A DNA stretch of 64,000 bases from an uncultured Eubacteriales bacterium (GTDB taxonomy: Bacteria; Bacillota; Clostridia; Oscillospirales; CAG-272), in contig CAKRZR010000004.1 of assembly GCA_934433485.1 (NCBI GenBank), positions 68,913-132,912 of the forward strand, in the 5' to 3' direction. Shown piece by piece: positions 1 to 7,705 of the stretch. Numbering within the stretch: the stretch's first letter is position 1; each line of letters begins with the position of its first letter. The position numbers and the translations under genes are program-made. The notes beneath the pieces are model-generated. The model had not been told where the DNA came from. It made no database searches and saw nothing but the letters and a program-made list of their open reading frames with translations.

Positions 1-53
1 TATCCCGCTGACGCTGGAAGAAGTTTTCATTACGGAAATGGAGGAGCGAAATT

Positions 54-2381
54 ATGACTTTGCAGCAAACTGTCTCGGCTGAGAACCAGTCGCAAAAGCC
101 GCACAATACCGTAGCCTATTTCCGCTTTTTGCTGAAAAACAACTGGCAGCAGCTTGCCTTATGCGGCGTACTGTGCTTCCTCATTGTGTTCCTGCCGATT
201 TTACTGAGCACCACAGAGCTTGAAACAAGAGCGGACTATTACGATACGCAGCTCTCCTATGCAGAAACGGTCGCGAAACGGGCGGAAACACAGGTGGAAA
301 CGCTCGGCGTGCTCTTTGTCCTCACCGCCGGCGTGGTCGGTGTGATCTTTGGCATGACGGCAAACGGCTACACGAACACCAAGCCGTCGATCCACACCTA
401 CTACAGCTACCCTCTGCGCCGTGATACGCTGTTTGTTGCGGAGTGGCTGACACGGGATCTCTATTTTCTGCTCACCGGGACGGTGTTCTACCTTCTCTCC
501 GCCCTGTATATCGCGTGCCGGCTGACCTTTTCCGTGTCTCTTTTTGCCTGTGCTGCGACATACTTTCTCATCGGTGTGGTCGGCTATCTGATGGTGTTCC
601 ATCTCTTCCAGCTTGCCGCGTCGTTGACTGGGACCGCGTCGTTCCGTTTCTGCATGGCGGGGATCCTCGCGTTTCTGCCGGTAGCGCTGTACCTGCTGCT
701 TGTCGCGTGTGCGGCGAACGGAATGCCCAATATATATACTACCTATTACCTGAGCGAAGATGTGGTACGCTTTCTCTGCCCGGCGTATCTGATGTGGCAT
801 ACCGCTCTCCAGTTCGCGGATTTCGGCACATGGGGCGGCACGGGATTCATGGCGTTGTACGCACTGGTTTTTGCGGCGATCTCGCTTTTTTTGCAGATCA
901 AGCGCAAAAGCGAGTTGTCCGGTTCCTCCGTTGTGTGGAAGCCGTTTCAGAATATTGTGAAGTACCTCGTAATCCTTACAAGCGGACTGTTCGGCGGCTG
1001 GCTGATCTCGGCGTTCTTCTCGGCGCGTACGGTTGGCTGGAGCCTGTTCGGTATGCTGTGCGGTCTCGTGCTGTCGTTCCTCTTTATGAACGTCCTCATT
1101 GAGCGTTCCGTCAAAGGTATGTTCCGCGGACTGCCCGGATTTGGTGCAACCTCTCTTGTGACAGTGCTCCTGTACGCGGTGCTGTTCTTCGATATTTTCG
1201 GGTTGAACGGCTTTATGTACGCGGACAACATGGTCTCGCGCGTGGAGATCCTACTCAACACAAACGGCGGCAGAGAATCCGTGACGATATCCGATCCGGA
1301 ATCCCTGCACGCGCTCCTTTCCGATATTCGCGCGCTGAAATCCTGGTCGTACGGCACGGAATACGAAAGAGCCGCTTTCTACATCGATCGGGACAAGAGT
1401 GTGAATGGAGAGATCCCATCCATGCTCACGGCGCTTGCCGATTATGACGTGACGGTGTATAACAACTACGACGATAAGACAGCTTCTTCGATGGCGGAGG
1501 GAAGGCTCTATGTTCTGCGCAACGGCGTGCCGCCTGTCGAGGAATTTGGTAGTACCGCGGAATGCCTGTCTACAATGACGGTGTGCTATGTTGTGTATCC
1601 GAAATTTGGGATTCCGCTTGCCAAACGGGGACAGATCGATATGCTCACCGCGTCCGACGGCTTTGGCGAGGATGTTCAAAACAGTCCGGAATACCGGACG
1701 TATCTCCTGGAGCGTATAGCGTCGATCGAGCCGACGTATTTGCGGACGTGCTACGTTTCCCTTTGCGGGCATATCTATGAAGCAGTGGAGCCGGAGAACG
1801 CGGCGAATCCGCATATCACCGCCCTGTTTGACGCGTATCGTACGGCTGTCGAGAACAATACCATGCACGGCGCCGTCGTTGGGAGAATCGTGTTCTGGCA
1901 GCAGGAGAACGGAGAAAACCACGCCGTGGAGATGCCGGTGTATTCCGACATGACGGAAGTATGGCAGGCGTTCATCGGCGCCGTAGACGCGAACCTGTTC
2001 TACATCGAGGATGTGGAGATAAGCGATGGCTATACGGATATAACGGCAAGCTATGAGGAGCTGACGGCAAATTGGCGTAAAAAACGCGGGCTGACGGACG
2101 AGAGTGCGGATTTCGCGGATTATCTCTATCGCTATTTTGATGAAATGCTCGTCGTGGAGGCGGATACCGGCAGATACTGGCGCGTGGATGCGGAGGCGGA
2201 TCGAAAGACAGTGTTGTCCTGTGCGTCGATGATCGGGGATAACGGTCCGGCGGCAATCGGCTTCGGAAGATGCGACAGAGAATACCTTCTCGTTGCGTAT
2301 TCCACGGAAAGCGGCGTATATTTCACCGGGCTGCGCGATGGCGAGGTGCCGGACTGTGTGACAGCCGCATTTGGAAAATAA
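54..2381 (+). CDS. Large polytopic membrane protein (ABC-2 permease-like N-terminal half, ~300-aa extracytoplasmic C-terminal domain); function unknown
   Basis: 775-aa ORF with many hydrophobic segments. The sequence immediately upstream (..LTLEEVFITEMEERNY) looks like the C-terminus of an ABC ATPase with a coupled start. I recognise no catalytic motifs. Confidence 0.5.
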   Translation: MTLQQTVSAENQSQKPHNTVAYFRFLLKNNWQQLALCGVLCFLIVFLPILLSTTELETRADYYDTQLSYAETVAKRAETQVETLGVLFVLTAGVVGVIFGMTANGYTNTKPSIHTYYSYPLRRDTLFVAEWLTRDLYFLLTGTVFYLLSALYIACRLTFSVSLFACAATYFLIGVVGYLMVFHLFQLAASLTGTASFRFCMAGILAFLPVALYLLLVACAANGMPNIYTTYYLSEDVVRFLCPAYLMWHTALQFADFGTWGGTGFMALYALVFAAISLFLQIKRKSELSGSSVVWKPFQNIVKYLVILTSGLFGGWLISAFFSARTVGWSLFGMLCGLVLSFLFMNVLIERSVKGMFRGLPGFGATSLVTVLLYAVLFFDIFGLNGFMYADNMVSRVEILLNTNGGRESVTISDPESLHALLSDIRALKSWSYGTEYERAAFYIDRDKSVNGEIPSMLTALADYDVTVYNNYDDKTASSMAEGRLYVLRNGVPPVEEFGSTAECLSTMTVCYVVYPKFGIPLAKRGQIDMLTASDGFGEDVQNSPEYRTYLLERIASIEPTYLRTCYVSLCGHIYEAVEPENAANPHITALFDAYRTAVENNTMHGAVVGRIVFWQQENGENHAVEMPVYSDMTEVWQAFIGAVDANLFYIEDVEISDGYTDITASYEELTANWRKKRGLTDESADFADYLYRYFDEMLVVEADTGRYWRVDAEADRKTVLSCASMIGDNGPAAIGFGRCDREYLLVAYSTESGVYFTGLRDGEVPDCVTAAFGK

Positions 2382-2410
2382 GCCACCGCGGAAGAAAAAG
2401 CAAAAAATAA

Positions 2411-2457
2411 AAAAGCCATCCTGTGCCTATGGAAAAAGCGGCGCGGGATGGCTTTTT
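2411..2457. terminator. Bidirectional rho-independent terminator between convergent genes
   Basis: Hairpin aaaagccatcc..ggatggctttt flanked by A-run and T-run. Confidence 0.55.
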
Positions 2458-2465
2458 GAACGGCG

Positions 2466-2678
2466 TCAATCCATGTCGGTCTGCCGCTCTCTTGCGCGGA
2501 ACAACAGGGAAATGCACCAGATTCCGGCAAGGGCGACCACGGTGTAAATGAGACGTGCCCAAAGGGAATCCTGACCGCCGCAGATCCAGGAGACCAGGTC
2601 AAACTGAAACAATCCGATGGAACCCCAGTTCAGCGCGCCGATGATCACAAGAATCAGAGAAATGCGATCCATTACCAT
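2466..2678 (-). CDS. DUF378-family small membrane protein
   Basis: Motif LNWGSIGLFQFDLVSW is typical of DUF378/YuzA. The start is likely ATG at 2678 (MVMDRISL), preceded by a GGAAG RBS; the longer ORF back to 2774 has no RBS. Confidence 0.65.
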   Translation of the reverse strand: MVMDRISLILVIIGALNWGSIGLFQFDLVSWICGGQDSLWARLIYTVVALAGIWCISLLFRARERQTDMD

Positions 2679-2824
2679 ATACGCGTACTTCCTTTCTGTA
2701 AATCTACCTGTAGTATGCCCGTGCCGCGCAAAATTATACGTAAAAAACGCCGTTCGCCGCATAAGGGCACGCAAGACAGCATAGGGATGAAATACAAAGC
2801 TTTATTTCCATAGGAGGAGGGCAT

Positions 2825-3505
2825 ATGCTGTCGTTCCTGCTGTCGCTTCTTGCCGGGCTGTCGTTTACGATTCTGTCCGCCGCGCCGCAGAAGCAGTTTC
2901 CGGAGCCGCTTGGAAAGGACGAAGAGGAGGCTATGTTCCGAAAATATAAAGAGTATGGCGACATGGCGGCAAGGGAGAAGCTTATCTGCCACAATCTGCG
3001 GCTGGTTGCGCACGTCGTCCGGAAATACTACGCCGCAAGTTCATGTCAGGAGGATCTTTTGTCCATCGGTTCCATAGGACTGATCAAGGCGATCGATACG
3101 TTTAATCCCGAAAACGGCGCGCGATTTGCTACCTACAGCGCAAAGTGTATCCAGAATGAAATCCTCATGTATTTTCGTTCACAAAACAAATTTCAGCGTG
3201 AGGTGTCCATCCACGAAACGATTGATACCGACCGAGACGGCAATCCGCTGACCTATATGGATATCATTCAGTGCGATGACACCATCGCGGACGATATTGA
3301 CACACGCATGAAATTGTCCAAGGCGGGCGAATATATCATGCGACAGCTGGACGAGAGGGAGAGGGAGATCATCATCCTGCGCTACGGACTCGGCAGAGAG
3401 CGCGCGAAAACGCAAAGAGAGGTGGCGGACAGACTCGGGATTTCGCGTTCCTACGTCAGTAGAATCGAAAAAGCCGCGCTTGAGAAAATCCGTCGTGCCC
3501 TGTAG
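2825..3505 (+). CDS. sigK: Sporulation sigma factor, pro-sigma-K type (SigK/SigE family) with hydrophobic N-terminal pro-sequence
   Basis: Region 2 (HNLRLVAHVVRKY), 2.4/3 (SIGSIGLIKAIDTFNPE; ATYSAKCIQNEILMYFR) and 4.2 (TQREVADRLGISRSYVSRIEKAALEKIRRAL) match sigK/sigE. The pro-sequence is followed by FPEPL, as in FPQPL of B. subtilis SigK. There is no spoIIGA upstream, which argues against sigE. Confidence 0.75.
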   Translation: MLSFLLSLLAGLSFTILSAAPQKQFPEPLGKDEEEAMFRKYKEYGDMAAREKLICHNLRLVAHVVRKYYAASSCQEDLLSIGSIGLIKAIDTFNPENGARFATYSAKCIQNEILMYFRSQNKFQREVSIHETIDTDRDGNPLTYMDIIQCDDTIADDIDTRMKLSKAGEYIMRQLDEREREIIILRYGLGRERAKTQREVADRLGISRSYVSRIEKAALEKIRRAL

Positions 3506-3538
3506 CAAGAATTTTTCATCTTTTTTACGGGAAACCTA

Positions 3539-3567
3539 TTGACAAAACGACTTCGGTGTAGTATAAT
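3539..3567 (+). promoter_or_regulatory. Sigma-A promoter of infC operon (TTGACA-17-TATAAT)
   Basis: ttgaca(3539-3544), 17-nt spacer, tataat(3562-3567). Confidence 0.55.
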
Positions 3568-3715
3568 AACCGAGGATAAAAAAGCAGAACATACTCCGTT
3601 CTCACCGTCCGACGCAAGTTGTCCGGTTCATAGAAGCGACCGCTTTGTCGGTTTGTTTTCGTGCGGGGATATGTTTCCGGCACGTTTTTTGTTATTTAAA
3701 CGGGGGTGCATAGTT
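3568..3715 (+). promoter_or_regulatory. infC 5' leader (~150 nt); candidate L20-responsive leader
   Basis: Long untranslated leader between the promoter and the ATT start of infC. Firmicutes regulate infC-rpmI-rplT by L20 binding to such a leader (established knowledge); I did not fold the structure. Confidence 0.35.
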
Positions 3716-4249
3716 ATTAGCGCAAAAGAACTGTATATCAACGACGACATCAGAGCGAGAGAAGTGCGCATGCTGGACGAAAACAACGGTCAGCTGGGCA
3801 TTATGAGTCTGAATGACGCCAAAACCTACGCCTACGACCGTGGTCTTGATCTGGTACTGATCGCTCCGACTGCCACGCCGCCGGTATGCCGTGCAATGGA
3901 TTATGGCAAATACCGGTATGAGCAGGACAAAAAGGAAAAGGAAGCGAAGAAAAAGCAGCAGATCGTGGAGATCAAGGAGGTGCAGCTCTCCTGCCGCATC
4001 GACGACCATGACTTTGAGACAAAGGTCGGTCACGCTACGCGGTTCCTGAAGGAAGGCAACAAGGTGCGCGTCAAGCTGAGATTCAAGGGCAGAGAGATCG
4101 TTCACCAGGAGCTTGGCCTGGAAGTGCTGAATCGGTTTGCAGCTGCCTGCTCCGAATACGGCGCCGTGGATAAGAAGCCCGTATTGGAAGGCAAACAGCT
4201 TACCATGTTCATTGCTCCGTCAGGTTCCGATAAGCAATCTGCCAAATAA
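3716..4249 (+). CDS. infC: Translation initiation factor IF-3, ATT (AUU) start codon
   Basis: ISAKELYINDDIRAREVRMLDENNGQLGIMSLNDAKTYAYDRGLDLVLI.. is IF-3. The in-frame ATT at 3716 is preceded by a GGGGGTG RBS; the ORF-track start at 3539 lies inside the promoter and is not real. Confidence 0.85.
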   Translation: MSAKELYINDDIRAREVRMLDENNGQLGIMSLNDAKTYAYDRGLDLVLIAPTATPPVCRAMDYGKYRYEQDKKEKEAKKKQQIVEIKEVQLSCRIDDHDFETKVGHATRFLKEGNKVRVKLRFKGREIVHQELGLEVLNRFAAACSEYGAVDKKPVLEGKQLTMFIAPSGSDKQSAK

Positions 4250-4431
4250 TTGGGCGTACAGTCGCCGCAAGTGCCGCCGGACGCAAAATGCGCACCGGAA
4301 ATCCGCAGTTGAAGTTCATACTCTAAGAAAGCACTGGTCACACAAAGTGCCTGTGCGCGATCCGCGGATACGGATTTTCGCACAGGACGATAGGGAATCA
4401 GCAGCTTTCTAAATCGAAAGGATACGAAAAA

Positions 4432-4629
4432 ATGGGAAAGATCAAGACACACAGAGCTTCTTGCAAAAGATATGCTGTAACCGGTACCGGTAAAGTAAAG
4501 GTTTTCCATTCCGATCATCGTCATAACCTCGGTCAGAAGACCCAGAAGAGAAAGAGACATCTCCGCTCCAGCCAGATCCTCAGTCCGGCCATGACCGCTA
4601 CCGTGAAGAGACTCATCGGTAAGGACTGA
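4432..4629 (+). CDS. rpmI: 50S ribosomal protein L35
   Basis: MGKIKTHRASCKRYAVTGTGKVK...KRKRHLR. Confidence 0.9.
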   Translation: MGKIKTHRASCKRYAVTGTGKVKVFHSDHRHNLGQKTQKRKRHLRSSQILSPAMTATVKRLIGKD

Positions 4630-4676
4630 GAAACAAGAACGACAGAGATACGAGACGATAGAAAGGATCGAAGAAA

Positions 4677-5030
4677 ATGGCAAGAATTAAGGGCGCGCTG
4701 ATGACGCGTAAAAGAAGAAATAAGGTTCTGAAGGCTGCTAAGGGTTACTGGGGTTCTAAGAGCAAGCACTTTAAGATGGCGAAGCAGGCCGTCATGAAGA
4801 GCGGCAACTACGCATATATCGGCAGAAAGCAGAAGAAGAGAGAATTTCGTCAGCTCTGGATTGCCCGTATTTCCGCGCAGGCAAAGGTGAACGGCATGAA
4901 CTATTCTCAGCTGATGCACGGTCTGAAGAAGGCGGGCATCAACCTGAACAGAAAAATGCTGGCTGAAATCGCCGTTGCCGATAAGGAAGCATTTGCTGCA
5001 ATCGTTGCTAAGGCAAAGGCTGCTCTCTAA
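4677..5030 (+). CDS. rplT: 50S ribosomal protein L20
   Basis: [29 protein letters not shown].. Confidence 0.92.
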   Translation: MARIKGALMTRKRRNKVLKAAKGYWGSKSKHFKMAKQAVMKSGNYAYIGRKQKKREFRQLWIARISAQAKVNGMNYSQLMHGLKKAGINLNRKMLAEIAVADKEAFAAIVAKAKAAL

Positions 5031-5047
5031 TCGAACATAAGCAAATT

Positions 5048-5086
5048 GGGCGTTGCGGCTTTCTTGTAACGCCCATTTCTTATTTT
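5048..5086 (+). terminator. Rho-independent terminator after rplT
   Basis: gggcgttgcggctttcttgtaacgccc followed by atttcttatttt. Confidence 0.55.
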
Positions 5087-5131
5087 GCACACAGCAAATG
5101 CTGAAAATGCGCTGAACAGCTTGCGTATGCG

Positions 5132-6013
5132 ATGAAAATTGTATATCGCATAGATCGATCGGACAATGGACAATTACACATGACAAAAGAACTGTTTATC
5201 GACCGCTATCAGGCGGAATACTGGAAATCCAGAACCGGCGCAACGGTTATGAAGCTGTCGAAGCTTGGTGACGCAAAATATCGCAGAGAAACGGGGCTGT
5301 ATCTGGCGGAAGGAATCAAACTGACGGAGGAAGCGCTCCGGCATAGCCATGTACAGACCGTTGTGGTCTCTGAGGAGGCGCTGACCGGTGCGAATACCGG
5401 CGCGATTCTAACACTCACCGACGGCGCGAAAAACGCGGGATGCGCCATTGCGCTTGCGTCCGCAGAGGCTTTTTCAAAGATTTCCACCGAAAACGCGCCG
5501 CAGGGAATTCTTGCCGTGCTGCCGGTACCGGAGCGTTGCGTACCGATATTCGCGGAAAACGGGCGGTATTTATTGCTGGATACGATTCAGGATCCCGGCA
5601 ATCTCGGCACCATTCTCCGTTCTGCGTCCGCGTTTGGCGTCACCGGGGTTGTCACCTGCGGCTGCGCGGATCTCACCTCTCCGAAAACGGTACGCGCCTC
5701 GATGGGTGCTGTGTTCCGTGTGCCGGTTTGGAGCGTGGAGTCATTGGCGGATGCTGTGCAAACCCTGCGCGGAAAGCATCGTGTACTGGCTGCGGCGCTT
5801 TCGGAAAATTGTCTCTGTGTCGGTCAGACTCCGCTTATGCCAAACGACTGCGTAGTCATCGGTAATGAGGGGCACGGCATCGCACCGGAGATCATCGCGG
5901 CTTGCTCGGATGTGATCCGCATTCCCATGACCGGCGAAACAGAGAGCCTGAACGCCTCCATCGCAGCGTCGATTTTGCTGTGGGAATACATGCGTACGTT
6001 CCCACAAACGTAA
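5132..6013 (+). CDS. TrmH/SpoU-family RNA 2'-O-methyltransferase (RlmB-like)
   Basis: SpoU methylase motifs LLLDTIQDPGNLGTILRSASAFG, IGNEGHGI and ESLNASIAASILLWE. The start is uncertain (5132, 5180 or later); none has a strong RBS. Confidence 0.8.
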   Translation: MKIVYRIDRSDNGQLHMTKELFIDRYQAEYWKSRTGATVMKLSKLGDAKYRRETGLYLAEGIKLTEEALRHSHVQTVVVSEEALTGANTGAILTLTDGAKNAGCAIALASAEAFSKISTENAPQGILAVLPVPERCVPIFAENGRYLLLDTIQDPGNLGTILRSASAFGVTGVVTCGCADLTSPKTVRASMGAVFRVPVWSVESLADAVQTLRGKHRVLAAALSENCLCVGQTPLMPNDCVVIGNEGHGIAPEIIAACSDVIRIPMTGETESLNASIAASILLWEYMRTFPQT

Positions 6014-6106
6014 TGTGTAATATTATATAGAAATAACGCAAGGTTCCTGCATCACCCTATCGGAAACACGCAAAAACGGAAACGAAGCAATGGGAGGCAG
6101 ACGGAT

Positions 6107-7642
6107 ATGCAAACGACAGACATCACAAAGCTCTATTGGATATGGCTGGCGGAAGGACTCGGACAAGGCAGCAGATTGGCGGCAAAGCTCTTGGAGGAGT
6201 ATGAAGATGCCAAGGCGATTTACGAAGCGAAGGACGCGGATCTCCGCCTGTTCCGTTCGTGGCGCGACAACGATCTTCTGCAGTTTACGCAGCTTCTCAA
6301 AAACAGAGAGCTGCAGCGCGCCACGGAGATTTTGAACCAGTGCCGGAAAAACGCGATCGAGGTGCTCACCTACGACGATCCCGCGTTTCCACCCAGTCTG
6401 CGCGCGCTGTCGAACCCACCGCTTGTCCTGTACTATCGCGGTATGCTGCCCGATACCGTTTCAAACTGTACCATCGGCGTTGTCGGCACACGCACCATGA
6501 CCGATTACGGCAGAGATATGGCGTATTCGATCGGCGCAGGTCTGGCGTCCGGCGGTGCGATTGTGGTCAGCGGTCTGGCACTCGGTGCGGACAGCATGGC
6601 AATGGCAGGCGCCATGGACGCTTGCGGCGTGACTGTCGGTGTGCTCGGCTGCGGTGTGGATGTTGTGTATCCGCCATCGCACAGACCGCTATACGAACAG
6701 GTTCTCGCGCGCGGCGGCTGTATTCTCAGCGAATACCCGCCGCTGGCACGTCCAATCGGCTTCCATTTTCCCATTCGCAATCGGATCATCAGCGGCTTAT
6801 CGGACGGTGTTGTCGTCGTGGAGGCGGACAGCAAGAGCGGCGCGCTCATCACCGCCAGACATGCCGTGTATCAGGGAAAGACGCTGTTTGCCGTGCCCGG
6901 TCAGGTCGGGGTGAAAACGGCGGAGGGACCGAACGCCCTGCTGCGCGACGGTGCGCTGCCTGTGCTGTCTGCTGCCGATATTTTAGAAGAGTTCGCGTTT
7001 CCGTATGCAAAAACCGTGCATCCCGAAAAGGCGGCGCAGTTTGCCGCAAAATGGAACGGCTCCGATCGTGCCAGGGAGGCGATGGAACGGGATCAAATCG
7101 GCGTGCGCGGCAAGGACACCTATTACGGCAAGCAGACCTACGGCGGCAGAAATCCCGCGAAGGAGCCGACAGTTCCGCCACAGACCGTGCCGGTCGAACC
7201 GCCGGACAATACGGAAGAGCCGGTGGAGGCACATGTACAGCCAGCGACTGGGTCGCGTGGAATTGCCGGATGGTTCCGTCGCGGCGATGAAACAAAAAAC
7301 ACGTCGAAAAACGCGTCAAAGGGCGTATCCGGTAGACAAAAGGGAGCCACCGTCGAGTCGGAAAAGAAAAAATCGGAGAAAAAATCGGCTTCCGCAAAAA
7401 AAATTGACTTAAAATCTCTTGATGAAGCGGAACGTAAGGTATATAATACTATGAAGCCGAACGTCCCGATGGCAGCGGATGAGCTGGTACGTGACGATCT
7501 GCCGATCAGCCATGTTCTCGCGGCATTGACGATGCTTGAGATGATCGGCGCGGTAGAAGCGGGAAAAGGCGGCTATTACATGCGCACCGATCCGGACGAC
7601 GCGCCGGGCAGACTGGTAGAGGACGGGGAGCTGGAATCGTAG
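6107..7642 (+). CDS. dprA: DNA processing protein DprA (Smf) with ~130-aa low-complexity K/E/G-rich linker inserted before C-terminal winged-helix domain
   Basis: Rossmann core IGVVGTRTMTDYGRDMAYSIGAGLASGGAIVVSGLALGADSMAMAGA..NRIISGLSDGVVVVEA, and a C-terminal DML1-like domain (LPISHVLAALTMLEMIGAVE). A GGGAGG RBS is present. Confidence 0.88.
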   Translation: MQTTDITKLYWIWLAEGLGQGSRLAAKLLEEYEDAKAIYEAKDADLRLFRSWRDNDLLQFTQLLKNRELQRATEILNQCRKNAIEVLTYDDPAFPPSLRALSNPPLVLYYRGMLPDTVSNCTIGVVGTRTMTDYGRDMAYSIGAGLASGGAIVVSGLALGADSMAMAGAMDACGVTVGVLGCGVDVVYPPSHRPLYEQVLARGGCILSEYPPLARPIGFHFPIRNRIISGLSDGVVVVEADSKSGALITARHAVYQGKTLFAVPGQVGVKTAEGPNALLRDGALPVLSAADILEEFAFPYAKTVHPEKAAQFAAKWNGSDRAREAMERDQIGVRGKDTYYGKQTYGGRNPAKEPTVPPQTVPVEPPDNTEEPVEAHVQPATGSRGIAGWFRRGDETKNTSKNASKGVSGRQKGATVESEKKKSEKKSASAKKIDLKSLDEAERKVYNTMKPNVPMAADELVRDDLPISHVLAALTMLEMIGAVEAGKGGYYMRTDPDDAPGRLVEDGELES

Positions 7643-7705
7643 CCTGTGTCCGCACGGTGCCGTAAATCGATTCTACGGAGTACTTTAAGAATAGGAAAGC
7701 AGAGT

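Noticed and set aside
2679-2824. Possible sigma-E/sigma-K-type promoter (CATAAGG..CATAGGGAT) upstream of sigK
   Set aside because: The match to the mother-cell promoter consensus is weak and the spacing is ambiguous, so it is not reported as a feature.
3539-3715. ORF-track start of infC at 3539 (MTKRLRCSII..)
   Set aside because: The ATG lies inside the -35/-10 promoter hexamers. The true IF-3 start is ATT at 3716, behind an RBS.
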